Shown here piece by piece: positions 1 through 13,394 of a stretch of 64,000 nt of DNA (position 1 is its first letter; each line of letters starts with the position of its first letter). The notes beneath the pieces are model-generated. The model did no database searches. It was not told where the DNA came from and was given only the letters and a program-made list of their open reading frames with translations. The DNA comes from Macrostomum lignano (taxonomy: Eukaryota). The stretch lies in assembly GCA_002269645.1 (NCBI GenBank), contig NIVC01000459.1, forward strand, positions 248,001-312,000. Direction: 5' to 3'. The translations under genes were made by a program, and so were the position numbers.

Positions 1-590
1 GTAGAATCTCACTCTAGTATAATCTCACCCTAGTAGAATCTCACCCTAGTAGAATCTCACCCTAGTAGAATCTCACCCTAGTAGAATCTAACCCTGGTAG
101 AATCTCACCCTAGTAGAATCTCACCCTAGTAGAATCTCACCCTGGTAGAATCTCACCCTAGTAGAATCTCACTCTAGTAGAATCTCACCCTAGTAGAATC
201 TAACCCTGGTAGAATCTCACCCTAGTAGAATCTCACCCTAGTAGAATCTCACCCTGGTAGAATCTCACCCTAGTAGAATCTCACTCTAGTAGAATCTCAC
301 CCTAGTAGAATCTCACTCTAGTAGAATCTCACCCTAGTAGAATCTCACTCTAGTAGAATCTCACTCTAGTAGAATCTCACCCTAGTAGAATCTCACTCTA
401 GTATAATCTCACCCTAGTAGAATCTCACCCCAGTAGAATCTCACCCTAGTAGAATCTCACCCTAGTAGAATCTCACCCTAGTAGAATCTCACCCTAGTAG
501 AATCTCACCCTAGTAGAATCTCACCCTAGTAGAATCTCACCCTAGTAGAATCTCACCCTAGTAGAATCTCACCCTAGTAGAATCTCACTC
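1..590. repeat. Minisatellite, 16-bp unit GTAGAATCTCACCCTA, in irx intron
   Basis: About 37 tandem copies visible, ending at the irx splice donor (592-591). Confidence 0.95.
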
Positions 591-592
591 AC

Positions 593-3425
593 CGCAGCTG
601 TCCGCGACGCCGCAGTAGCGGTCGTTCCTCCCTCCGACGCTTCCTCCGTCTTCGGCCTCCTCATCCTCGTCCTCGGGCTCGCGAGCCTCAGCCTGCGAGT
701 TCCTCTCACTCCAGGTCATCTTATTCTCCTTCTTCAGTCGGCGGCGAGCGTTGGCAAACCAGGTTGACACCTGAGTGAGCGTCATCTTGGTGATGATGGC
801 CAACATGATTTTCTCGCCTTTGGTCGGATAGGGATTGCTCTTGTGCTCGCCGAGCCAGGCCTTGAGCGTGGCCGTGCTCTCTCTAGTAGCATTCTTGCGT
901 CGCTGACCATTCAGATCGTGAATTGGGCTGTGGTGGGTGGCAGGTTGAACGGGATTGGCTGTTTAGCTATGCATCTTTCTACCCCTACCCTATAGCACTG
1001 AGCAGCCACCTCACGCCGGTTGGTTTTGATTGGCTAGGAGCTCTAGGCCAATGGACGGAGAGCAAAACAGCATGCAATTACAATTCTTAATCAATAAGTT
1101 TTGCAGCAATGCAGTTTAGATGAGATGAGATGAGATGAGATGAGATGAGATGAGATGAGATTAGATTAGATTAGATTAGACTAGATTAGATTAGATTAGA
1201 TTAGATTAGATTAGATTAGATTAGATTAGATTAGATTAGATTAGATTAGATTAGATTAGATTAGATTAGATTAGATTAGATTAGATCAGATTAGATTAGA
1301 TTAGATGAGCTCGAACATAAATTTGAATACGCTAGAAAAGAGACGTATTGCAAATCCTCACTTGCTGGCGTAGGCGTAGGCCGCGGCTGGGTGCCAGGCG
1401 GTCTCGTAACATCCCGGATATCCCGGGTGGCCACCGGGTCCTCCACCGCCGCCTCGCCAAGGTGCAGCTGCAGCGGCTGCGGCCGCCATGTGCCCGGCGT
1501 AGCCCTGGGTGGCAGCCGCCGCCGGCCCATAGTTGCTGCCTCCGACAACTTCCCCGCCGCCTCCGACACCGACGCCGCCGCCGCCGCTGCCCCCCTGCAG
1601 GCTGGACAGAATCCGAGACTGGGCGGCTGCCGCGTACGCCGCCGGACCGTAGAGGCTGACGAAGTGGTGGCCGCTGGCGTCCGGGTACACTGCGGGAGGC
1701 GGCGGCGGTGGCGGCAGCTGCGGCGGTTGAAGCGAGAACGGACTCTGCAAGAAGATTAAAGATTGAGTTAGTTCGCGCTTTTGAAGAATTTCAACTTTCA
1801 CTGTTACTATCAATTCTAACCTGAAATAACTTTATCTATTCAACAATTCAAGCTTTTCGAGAATTTAACATTAAAATTAAAATGTTCAACGATTCCAGCG
1901 CAGCTTTCTAAGAAGTCGTACTTTCCAGAAAGTCATATTTTCCAAGAATTCAAATGCTTTTCCGAGAATTCATACTTTCTAAGAAATCATACTGTCTAAG
2001 AAATCATACTGTCTAAGAAATCATACTGTCTAAGAAATCATACTGTCTAAGAAATCATACTGTCTAAGAAGTCATACTTTCTAAGAAATCATACTGTCTA
2101 AGAAATCATACTGTCTAAGAAATCATACTGTCTAAGAAATCATACAAGCTAAGAAATCATACTTTCTAAGAAATCATACTGTCTAAGAAATCATACTTTC
2201 TAAGAAATCATACTTTCTAAGAAATCATACTTTCTAAGAAATCATACTGTCTAAGAAATCATACTGTCTAAGAAATCATACAAGCTAAGAAATCATACTT
2301 TCTAAGAAATCATACTGTCTAAGAAATCATACAAGCTAAGAAATCATACTTTCTAAGAAATCATACTGTCTAAGAAATCATACAAGCTAAGAAATCATAC
2401 TTTCTAAGAAATCATACTGTCTAAGAAATCATACAAGCTAAGAAATCATACTGTCTAAGAAATCATACTTTCTAAGAAATCATACTGTCTAAGAAATCAT
2501 ACAAGCTAAGAAATCATACTTTCTAAGAAATCATACTGTCTAAGAAATCATACAAGCTAAGAAATCATACTTTCTAAGAAATCATACTGTCTAAGAAATC
2601 ATACAAGCTAAGAAATCATACTGTCTAAGAAATCATACTTTCTAAGAAATCATACTGTCTAAGAAATCATACAAGCTAAGAAATCATACTTTCTAAGAAA
2701 TCATACTGTCTAAGAAATCATACTGTCTAAGAAATCATACAAGCTAAGAAATCATACTGTCTAAGAAATCATACTGTCTAAGAAATCATACTTTCTAAGA
2801 AATCATACTGTCTAAGAAATCATACTGTCTAAGAAATCATACTTTCTAAGAAATCATACAAGCTAAGAAATCATACTTTCTAAGAAATCATACTGTCTAA
2901 GAAATCATACTGTCTAAGAAATCATACTGTCTAAGAAGTCATACTTTCTAAGAAATCATACTGTATAAGAAATCATATTTATCATTCACAAATCATAATC
3001 TAATCATAAATAAATCATACTTTCTAAGAAATCATAATTTCCAAAAAATGCAACTGTTCGAGAATTCCTTATACAATTCAAGAAGGTCTACGTTTCCAAA
3101 GATATTCCCTACTAATTCTATCGGGTTGGCCATTCAGATTGTAAATCACAGCAGCTTGAGGTTTAGCACTTAGCCGCTGTCTAAAAATCTGTTACAGTGA
3201 AGCAGGCTCCCACTATATCCTAGCAAAACTCAACAACAGCTTCAAGGAATCATAAAAAAGATTTTGAGCACTCATTGGTCTCACCTGGCTGCCGCCGATG
3301 CCTCCACCGCTGTCGCTGCCGCTGGTCGCCACGCCAGCAGTGCAGGGTTCTCTGTCGCCAATTCCGACATTTTCACTCAGAGAAGAACTGGGGTGAGCAA
3401 ATGACTGCAGCGGGGAGAAGGCCAT
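593..3425 (-). CDS. irx: Iroquois-class TALE homeobox transcription factor, 5' exons; 3' end lies outside the window
   Basis: Exons 3425-3285 (phase 0), 1744-1362 (phase 2) and 927-593 (phase 1), all GT-AG and phase-consistent. Exon 3 reads [70 protein letters not shown], the canonical Iroquois homeodomain, followed by an acidic stretch. Confidence 0.95.
1118..1306. repeat. Microsatellite (GATGA)n followed by (GATTA)n, in irx intron
   Basis: Pentamer runs visible directly. Confidence 0.95.
1969..2975. repeat. Minisatellite, 17-bp unit CTAAGAAATCATACT(G/T)T, in irx intron 1
   Basis: About 59 tandem copies with three recurring variants. Confidence 0.95.
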
Positions 3426-4469
3426 GCTGAGTATCAGAGGGGGGATTATCGATGATCTGCAGACTGTAAGCCTTTGAGTCGATGGGAAGGGGAACTGGGC
3501 GAGGTCCGTAGACGCTCCGCGTGGGCCCAGCTATAGGGGAAGTGAGATGGGTGGGTGGAGGGGTTGCGGCAGATGCGGCTCGAATTTCATTGGTTGGCAT
3601 TTGAGCACGAGCTCTTTGCGCTATTGGACTGGGGGAGTCTGGGAGTTCTCTCTGTTCCTCATCAATGTCGAGCTTATATCTCCGGGTTCAGTAATTTTAT
3701 CAATACAAATATATTAATGCGGCACACCCAAAATTGTTGGAATAAATCATTGTAATTTTAACTCCTTCAATTTCGAAGATTAATAATTATGAATTAATAA
3801 TTTTTATGAGACACATCTGACCGGGAGAAAACACATTCAATTAGGGCTTGCGTACTCATACAATATTTTAGCAGTGAAAGCTGATTCGTGTAGCCAGTAC
3901 AAGAACAGGTGTTGCAATGCTTTTGGGAGGTTAATTTCGCATGCGGGAGTTGAGGCAATTACACACTGTGCCATACAGAGCATTCGGGTTCTCTTGAATT
4001 CATCCATGCGGGGGTCACTGAATAATTGCTTTCAAGTTTAGGCCCGCATGTACAGAAGGGTGCTTGCATCATTTCCCTGTAGAGTCATGGGCCCCAAACA
4101 CTATCACATATTGATTGCATCATTAGCTGATGTTAAATCTCTGACTACACTTGTAATTGAGAATCTTCAATGCAGACTGGCGGTGTATAAGATTGAAAAT
4201 CAAAGGGTGGAGAATTTAAAGATGAGTTTAGCGACCTCAAATGAGGCATTTATTAACCTTTGAGCGACTCGCGTTGCAGCCCTGACTGCTTTGCTCAGGG
4301 AAGTGGAATGACATCGACGTTAGATTGCAGAAATTTTCTGACTTTAAACCTCAGAGCAAACGCTCTCTCAGATCCAGACCCCTAGCTCCTGCTTACTGTT
4401 ACTGCTGTCTAACTTCCTTGTTCAAAATTTATTTTTATCATACTCGTTTAATGCGTCATCTGGCCTCTT

Positions 4470-4760
4470 CCCACTCTCTCCCACTCTCTCCCGCTCTCCC
4501 CCGCTCTCTCGCGCTCTCTCCCGCTCTCTCCCGCTCTCCCCCGCTCTCCCCCGCTCTCTCGCGCTCTCTCCCGCTCTCTCCCGCTCTCCCCCGCTCTCCC
4601 CCGCTCTCCCCCGCTCTCTCGCGCTCTCTCCCGCTCTCTCCCGCTCTCCCCCGCTCTCCCCCGCTCTCTCGCGCTCTCTCCCGCTCTCTCCCGCTCTCCC
4701 CCGCTCTCCCCCGCTCTCCCCCGCTCTCTCCCGCTCTCTCCCGCTCTCTCCCGCTCCCAG
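4470..4760. repeat. 10-bp minisatellite CCGCTCTC(C/T)C
   Basis: Tandem decamers visible directly. Confidence 0.9.
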
Positions 4761-5312
4761 TCTCAGTCCCAGTCTCAGTCCCAGTTATCTCCCGTCTCCC
4801 ATATCATGATAGTCCAGAGGAATTCGTCAATCTGGAGTCAAATTTCAGACCTGTTCTTTGGGATAAATTTCCTCATTTTTGCCTTATAAAAGAAAGGAAA
4901 ATTGTGTTTTTTTCAGAAATGTCAACAGTGTCATTAATGTTCGCGTCGCGGCTTGAGCTTGGCTTTGTTTCCAATTGCATTTCTCCTGCTTTCGAAAATT
5001 ACCCCCACCGGCTGGTGGTGCCCTAGCAACTGACTCGCACCTGCGTGACACATATTTAGCAATGACCCATCCGAAAATTGCTAGATAGATTGCCTACTTC
5101 AGTTCATAATCGGCTGAAAGGAAAAGTCAAGGCATTATGAAAAAACTGATAGTCATCTCGAATGCATATTTATGGCATCGAGGCCGCTGATCTGATAAGC
5201 TCGTGTTGGTGAAGGGTATTGTTTGGTTGCCTTGGTGAAGTGCACCCTGCTATGCAGCAATTGTGCTGGCAATTAATGGCCACCTGGTTTGAATGATCTG
5301 CCAGCAACACTG

Positions 5313-6298
5313 CATCCTCTCCCATCCTCTCCCATCCCCTCCCACCCTCTCCCATCCTCTCCCATCCTCTCCCATCCTCTCCCATCCTCTCCCATCCCTC
5401 CCACCCTCTCTCACCCTTTCCAACCCTATCCCACCCTCTCCCACCCTCTCCCACCCTCTCCCATCCTCTCCCACCCTCTCCCACCCTCTCCCACCCTCTC
5501 CCACCCTTTCCAACCCTCTCCCATCCTCTCCCATCCTCTCCCATCCCCTCCCACCCTCTCCCACCCTTTCCAACCCTCTCCCATCCTCTCCAATCCTCTC
5601 CCATCCTCTCCCATCCTCTCCCACCCTTTCCAACCCTCTCCCATCCTCTCCAATCCTCTCCCATCCTCTCCCATCCTCTCCCACCCTCTCCCACCCTCTC
5701 CCACCCTCTCCCACCCTTTCCAACCCTCTCTCATCCTCTCCCATCCTCTCCCATCCCCTCCCACCCTCTCCCACCCTTTCCAACCCTCTCCCATCCTCTC
5801 CCATCCTCTCCCATCCCCTCCCACCCTCTCCCACCCTTTCCAACCCTCTCCCATCCTCTCCAATCCTCTCCCATCCTCTCCCATCCTCTCCCACCCTTTC
5901 CAACCCTCTCCCATCCTCTCCAATCCTCTCCCATCCTCTCCCATCCTCTCCCACCCTCTCCCACCCTCTCCCACCCTCTCCCACCCTTTCCAACCCTCTC
6001 TCATCCTCTCCCATCCTCTCCCATCCCCTCCCACCCTCTCCCACCCTTTCCAACCCTCTCCCATCCTCTCCCATCCTCTCCCATCCCCTCCCACCCTCTC
6101 CCACCCTTTCCAACCCTCTCCCATCCTCTCCAATCCTCTCCCATCCTCTCCCATCCTCTCCCACCCTTTCCAACCCTCTCCCATCCTCTCCAATCCTCTC
6201 CCATCCTCTCCCATCCTCTCCCACCCTCTCCCACCCTATCCCACCCTCTCCAACCCTCTCACACCCTCTCGCACCCTCTCCCACCCTCTCCCACCCTA
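5313..6298. repeat. 10-bp minisatellite CCA(T/C)CCTCTC with higher-order blocks
   Basis: About 98 decamers; source of the stop-free ORFs on both strands. Confidence 0.95.
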
Positions 6299-6994
6299 AC
6301 CAAATTAGACTGAGTGTGAATCCGAAATGACGAAAGGAATAAAAAATATAGAAAAATTCTGACCAGCGGGAAACGGCACGGACTGCACCGGCACCTCGAG
6401 TTCTCTGTCTGGTAATTAGCTCAGCACAGCCCTCCCTGGCTCAATAAATACAAAAAGGATTTTCTCATGACAAGTTCCGACAACGGTTTTAGTCCGGCTA
6501 ATTAACAAGATGGAAAGACGGGGTGCTCAAATTTTCTCACCTTCTCTTCTCCGAAGGATTCGAGCCCGGACCCCGCTTTGCTGCAAAATATGAGAAGATT
6601 TATCCTATTCTGCTTGACAGCTTCATCCTCTGAGTGGGGAACTGAAGGCGTCTTTAGGCTAAAGAGGCTGAGGGTCCAGCACTCTCCGCCTGTCTGTAAT
6701 CAGGAAGTCAGCAGAAAATTCTTGCCTGAATGTCTCTCTCACCTCTCTCTACCCCATCTTTCCGTTCCGGGAGACAGCTGGCCCAGCCCGCTAGCACGGA
6801 TTTATACAGATTTAATTTCTGATGCAGCCGCAGTTAAATCCGTCACCTGCCAGGGACCTTTGCGTAGCCGAACTGGACTGGAATCGGACTTCGCACTCAA
6901 CAACAAGATTTATCATTACAGGCTGCTCTGGGTTCCTTAATTCCTACAGAAATATGAAAAAGTAAGTTAAGCTTTTTCATGGATCAACAACTTG

Positions 6995-7461
6995 ACCTCC
7001 CCCATCCTCTCTTATCCTCTCCCACACTCTCCTACCCAATCCCACACTCTCCTACCCTCTCCCACACTCTCCCATCCTCTCCCATCCTCTCCCATCCTCT
7101 CTCACACTCTCCCATCCTATCCCACCCTTTCCCATAATCTCCACTCTCTCCCACCCTCTCCAAACCTCTCACACCCTCTCCCACCCTCTTTCACTCTCTC
7201 CCACCCTCTCCCACCATCTTCTACCCTCTCCAAACCTCTCACACCCTCTCCCACCCTCTTTCACTCTCTCCCACCCTCTCCCACCATCTTCTACCCTCTC
7301 CCACCCTCTCCCACCCTTTCCCACCTTCTTCCACCCTCTTCTACCCTCTTCCACCTTCCAGCCTCTACCACCCTCTCTCACCCTTTCCCTCCATCTACCA
7401 CCCTCTCACAGCATCTCACAGCATCTCACACCCTCTCCCATCTCACACCCCTCTCACACCC
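6995..7461. repeat. Degenerate CCACCCTCTC-family minisatellite
   Basis: Same core as 5313-6298 but more diverged. Confidence 0.85.
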
Positions 7462-7892
7462 TGGTGCGGGTTCCTTCTAGTCAAGGCCTTCTCAACGTCC
7501 CTGCACCTGTTTACACTGAATCTCTGTCTATTATTAAAAATCAAACCATTCTATTCCTAACGGAAACTGCAAATAGTTCAATGCACCCCACCTGCCAGAA
7601 GAGCTCACCCACACAATCCAACTTTGTTGCAGCTGCAGAGACTGCACGAGTCTCTTTCAAAAACTCAGCTTCCTCTGAGTGTCCTCTTCATCTTTTTAGG
7701 GTTGCCTGTTCTCTCAGCAGCTTCATCAAACAGCTGTGATTTAAAATTCTGATATCGGAGGATATCAGATAGGCAACTTGATAGCATTTAAAGTGCTGTG
7801 GATTGGGATCACTTGCTCAGCCACTCTGTCTGCCTATCTGTCTCCTGTCCTCACCTATGACTTCAATCATTCTCCGTAATCCTTCTGTCACT

Positions 7893-8300
7893 CTCCAATT
7901 GTCACTCTGCAATCTGTCACTCTGTATTTGCCGCCTTTCATCTGTCACTCTGTATCCGTCACTCTATATCTGTCACTCTGTATCTGTCACTCTGTATCCG
8001 TCACTCTGTACCCGTCACTCTGTATCCGTCACTCTATATCTGTCACTCTGTATCTATCACTCCGTATCTGTCACTCTGTATCCGTCACTCTGTACCCGTC
8101 ACTCTATATCCGTCACTCTGTATCTGTCACTCCGTATCTGCCACTCTGTATCCGTCACTCTGTATCTGTCACTCCGTATCTGGCACTCTGTATCTGACAC
8201 TCTGTATCTGTCATTTCGTAACTGTCACTCTGTATCTGTCACTCTGCATCCATCACTTTGCATCTGCCGCTCGTCATTTGTCACTCTGCATCTGTCACTC
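7893..8300. repeat. Degenerate 14-bp minisatellite TCTGTCACTCTGTA
   Basis: Tandem GTCACTCTGTAT units. Confidence 0.85.
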
Positions 8301-8672
8301 TCCATCTCTATACGAAAAATTTTAAAAATAACTGTAAGCAATGGATCAGCGGTTCTCCAAGTGGCTTTTCAACGCGTTTCTGTAAAGCATATAGCAACAG
8401 AATAACCTGAACACTCTACTTATAGTAGCGAATTTTAGAAGGAAATTTTTTTAAGGAAAATTTACAATAAATAACGTTATATAAGAATATAGTGCCAAAG
8501 CTGGTTGCAAAAGTACACTTGTAGACTGCAAGCAACAACCGGATGTCTGTGGCCCAAGTTCCACCCTAAGCTACCTCACCTAGACCATAACGAAGCGACT
8601 TCAGAACCTCTGAGCGTCTGAGCGGTTTTTTGTTTCAAAGCGGTGCAACGTTTTGAAGACTTGCCAAGCGAC

Positions 8673-10981
8673 ATGTACCGAGAGTACAGGTACAGAGAGG
8701 CCTACCTCGCTCCCATCAATGACAAGACCCTGCAGATGATTGGCGACTCCCGGGTTCGGGCCGCGTGCACCCAGACTGGCTGCCTGTTCTTCGTACAGAA
8801 CCGAATGTGCTCAAGAAAGATCTGCGGCCGAGTTCTGCGCTGCTGCATCTTCGAGGTGCGCGGAGTCAGTCGGTCTGTGATCGGCAGCTTCAACAAAATC
8901 CTAGAGGGCTACTTTCCCGAGTACAAGCAGCGTAAAGTGCACGACGCCAAAGGTGTCAAGGCGAGGATTTCCTTTAACGAATGGACGCCCGACAACACGA
9001 AGCTGTTCTACATGTGCCAGCGCTTCGGACTGGGCCGCGGCGCCCTGGCCGATGTTGTCCTTGACGGTCCTTGCGGCGGCCTGCTGGAGGACTGGCAGAC
9101 GTGTGAGTGAGACTGAGAGCACTTGACTCAATTGAGCAATGACTTGAGGTTCAGGGCACGAATGAGTGTCCGAATATAGCTAGTGTTAGTGTTGCTAGTG
9201 AGAGCTGCCGACCCAAGGTACAGCGCGTCTGCATGCCTATACATGCATGTGCAAGCAAGCAAGCCAACAGACAAACAGACAAACAAACAAACAAACAACA
9301 AACCAGCAAACTAACTAACCAACTAACCACATAAACAACTGACTAACGAACCAACTAATCAACAAATCAACAAACCAACAAACCAACAAACCAACAAACC
9401 AACAAACCAACAAACCAATAAACCAATAAACCAACAAATCAACAAACTAACAAACCAACAAATCAACAAACCAACAAACCAACAAACCAACAAACCAACA
9501 AACCAACAAACCAACAAACCAACAAACCAACAAACCAACAAATCAACAAACCAACAAACCAACAAACCAACAAACCAATAAACCAACAAATCAACAAACT
9601 AACAAACCAACAAATCAACAAACCAACAAACCAACAAACCAACAAACCAACAAACCAACAAATCAACAAACCAACAAACCAACAAACCAACAAATCAACA
9701 AACTAACAAATCAACAAGCAAACAAACCAAAAAACCACCTAACCAACAAACCAACAAACCAAGAAACCAACAAATCAACAAACCAACAAACCAACAAACC
9801 AACAAACCAACAAACCAAAAAACCACCTAACCAACAAACCAACAAACCAACAAACCAACAAACCAACAAACCAACAAACCAACAAACCAACAAACCACCT
9901 AACCAACAAACCAACAAACCAACAAACCAACAAACCAACAAACCAACAAATCAACAAACTAACAAATCAACAAGCTAACAAACCAAAAAACCACCTAACC
10001 AACAAACCAACAAACCAAGAAACCAACAAACCAACAAACCAACAAACCAACAAACCAACAAACCAACAAACCAACAAACCAACAAACCAACAAACCAAAA
10101 AACCACCTAACCAACAAACCAACAAACCAAGAAACCAACAAACCAACAAACCAACAAACCAACAAACCAACAAACCACCTAACCAACAAACCAACAAACC
10201 AACAAACCAACAAACCAACAAACCAACAAACCAACAAATCAACAAACTAACAAATCAACAAGCTAACAAACCAAAAAACCACCTAACCAACAAACCAACA
10301 AACCAAGAAACCAACAAACCAACAAACCAACAAACCAACAAACCAACAAACCAACAAACCAACAAACCAACAAACCACCTAACCAACAAAACAACAAACC
10401 ACCTAACCAACAAACCAACAAACCACCTAACCAACAAACCAACAAACCACCTAACCAACAAACCAACAAACCACCTAACCAACAAACCAACAAACCAACA
10501 AACCAACAAACCAACAAATCAAGAAACCAACAAAGAAACTAGCCAACGAATTAACTAATCAACAACCCAACCAACCAACCCTACAGACCACACCGGCCTC
10601 ATGGACATGATTGCGGACGTGCCAAGAAGCGCCTGGATGGCGGGCAAGCGAGAGAGCGAGGGTCTGTACACGTCATCCTTCGGCAACTGCATCAACTACC
10701 AGCCGACCCTGTTCCGCCGGGCCTGCAAGAACAAGACCTACAGAGGCCGCAAGGACTTTCAGCAGACTACGGAGCGCCTGCCGAACATGAACTACTTCAG
10801 CGATCCGGAGTACATGGACAGGCTGATCGACCCGCTGCGGGTGGAGACGCTCCGACAGAAGGAGGCGCTGCTGGAGGCGGAGCGCCACTCGCACAAGACC
10901 ATGATGCCGGGCTACAGCACAGATGACAAGCCGGCAGCTGCCGACAAAAACAAGAGCGCAGAGACGGGAGGAACCAACTAA
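8673..10981 (+). CDS. Uncharacterised protein, about 274 aa, 2 coding exons
   Basis: Exons 8673-9102 and 10587-10981. Donor T|GTGAGT at 9103 and acceptor CTACAG| at 10586 are both phase 1 and join as ...WQT-Y-HTGLMDM. Codon usage is GC3-rich like neighbouring genes. Start is uncertain: an acceptor at 8639-8640 could add an upstream exon. No family recognised. Confidence 0.75.
9262..10580. repeat. 8-bp minisatellite ACCAACAA with CCTAAC variants, filling an intron
   Basis: About 165 tandem octamers between the donor at 9103 and the acceptor at 10586. Confidence 0.95.
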
Positions 10982-11364
10982 AAACTCTCTGGTTTAAGCA
11001 GAATTTTGTCCCAATCTGAAAAACGCTCTGTTTACCATTTTTATTAACACTCTTAAAGTCCAGTTGCTTTTCCTATTGAAGACAAAAATCTGAGCACAAG
11101 GCTTCAAATAGAGATGCCGACTTGAAAAAAAGAGAATATTTTTTTCAAAGATATGAAAATTCTTTTTTTGTTAAAGGACTTGATTCTGTCATTCCTTATT
11201 TATCGGTCTCACAGGTGAATAGCGCGCTAATGAATGACATTTTGAAAAGTGGCTCAATTTATGAGGTTGCTAAAAGTTCATCATGTCCTTAATAAAGATC
11301 TGCTCCTTCCTTAGATTGCTCAGTCCTAAAACGCTATTCTAATCTAAGGCACTCCATATAAGGT

Positions 11365-11915
11365 AGAGTGCTCAATCCTCTGAGTGCTCAATCCTCTGAG
11401 TACTCAATCCCTGGAGTGCTCAATCCTCTGAGTGGTCAATCCTCTGAGTGCTCAATCCTCTGAGTGCTCAATCCCAGGAGTGCTCAATCCTCTGAGTGGT
11501 CAATCCTCTGAGTGGTCAATCCTCTGAGTGCTCAATCCCAGGAGTGCTCAATCCTCTGAGTGGTCAATCCTCTGAGTGCTCAATCCTCTGAGTGCTCAAT
11601 CCCAGGAGTGCTCAATCCCTGGAGTGCTCAATCCTCTGAGTGCTCAATCCTCTGAGTGCTTAATCCCTGGAGTGGTCAATCCTCTGAGTGCTCAATCCTC
11701 TGAGTGCTTAATCCCTGGAGTGCTCAATCCTTTAAGTGCTTAATCCTTTAAGTGCTTAATCCTTAGAGTGCTCAATTCTTTGAGTGCCCAATCATCGGAG
11801 TGCCCAATCCTTGGAGTGCTCAATCCTCAATCCTTTAGAGTACTCAATCATTGGAGTGCTCAATCCTCAATTCTTTAGAGTGCTCAATCATTGGAGTGCT
11901 CAATCCTTGGGGTGC
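11365..11915. repeat. 16-bp minisatellite GAGTGCTCAATCCTCT
   Basis: Tandem copies, degenerating towards the 3' end. Confidence 0.9.
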
Positions 11916-12308
11916 TCAGCATCTTACATAAAATGATATACAGAAAAACATAAACTGAAATCAACTGACCAGCAAAATAATGTTCAGACGATCAGTTTTG
12001 GTCATAAAAGTTAGCTACGAGTATAATAACAATCAAGCTTTTATTAAAAGAACTCCTGCTCATCTTCATGGAGTTGAGACAAAGAGTTAAAAATAGAATA
12101 CTTGGCACGCGGGCAGGTGCTGATCTGTCTGAATTCATTAGCATATGGTGCAATGACTACGTTATTCTTTGGCACGTATAAATTAGTCAACTTTATAGCA
12201 TAATAGTTATTACGTTTCTAGATTCCAATTAAATGTGAAAAATGAAGTCACATCGTGTTCGAGAAGTTGCTGATATTCATGTACATGTACTAGTTAACCC
12301 AAGCTGAG

Positions 12309-12485
12309 AGTAGTACTACCCTCAGAGAGTAGTTCTACCCCAGAGAGTAATGCTACCCCAGAGAGTAATGCTACCCCAGAGAGTAATGCTACCCCAGAGA
12401 GTAATGCTACCCCAGAGAGTAGTTCTACCCCAGAGAGTAACGCTACCCCAGAGAGTAGTTCTACCCCAGAGAGTAATTCTACCCC
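12309..12485. repeat. 18-bp minisatellite CCCCAGAGAGTAATGCTA
   Basis: About 10 tandem copies. Confidence 0.9.
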
Positions 12486-13394
12486 ACACAATTCCACTCC
12501 ATGCTACCTCGAAAAGACGGGCAAACAAGCCAAGTTGCAATTCAGCTGCCTGTGTAGAGTTTACTTTTTCTAAAAGGAACTGTCTCAAACCAGACTGTCT
12601 ATGGTAAAACTGATGGTGTTATGGTGTTATTAGTGCTAAAAAGGCAAACATAAGCTATTTCGCTAATGCATCTGTAGCGTCCTTCTCATGCAGCTGCTGT
12701 TCACGATTTTTCTCCACCCAGACGGCGACCCGAAAGTGCGCAGGTGGCGCGGTTTTCCGAGAGCAAGTCGGGGGTGGGCTGCCTTCGCATTCGCACTCTC
12801 TGTTCGGTCGATAACGCAGCAAACAAAGTGAAGAAGCCAGCACAATATGGCTTTGCCAAAAGCAACCAGCCCGAAGCAGGCAGGCTCAGGCAGCCGGGCT
12901 AAGCAAGAGCAGAGTTTGAGCTCGGGGCCCCAGCGATTTTTTAATTGCCGCGCTGCGCTTGCCGAGCTCTCCTTTCTTCTTCATCTCCTTTTTCTTTCAT
13001 TTCTTTATTGATGTTGCTGCGTAGCGAGAGAGAAAAATTCTTTAATATTAGCTAGAAATTTTTGGCCCATTGTGACCAGGGGGGTTTTGGGGTGCCGGGC
13101 CACAGAACCAGACGGACAGATAGACCGAGTGAAACAGACAGACGGTAGCTAAGAGAGGGGTGGATGTCGTGCTCAGAATCGGGCCGAGTTCGAGGCCGAC
13201 TGAAGGCAAAAATAATTTTATAAAATTGCTGCCGATTTGGGCCTCACGGTAAGCAGAAAATGTTGCAGAACTGATGGATTCTGGTGGGCTGTCTATCAGG
13301 GTTAGCGGGGTCTGACTGAATACCTTTGAAAAGGTAGTTGAGTATCTGACTGACGTGTTGTTAGGTTAAGCCCAGTTATTGATTTCTATAGATG

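Noticed and set aside
4325-8405. Long ORFs in both strands (e.g. 5250-6284, 5289-6299, 7803-8405)
   Set aside because: They are translations of stop-free 10-14-bp tandem repeats, open in several frames at once, with no splice context or protein family signal.
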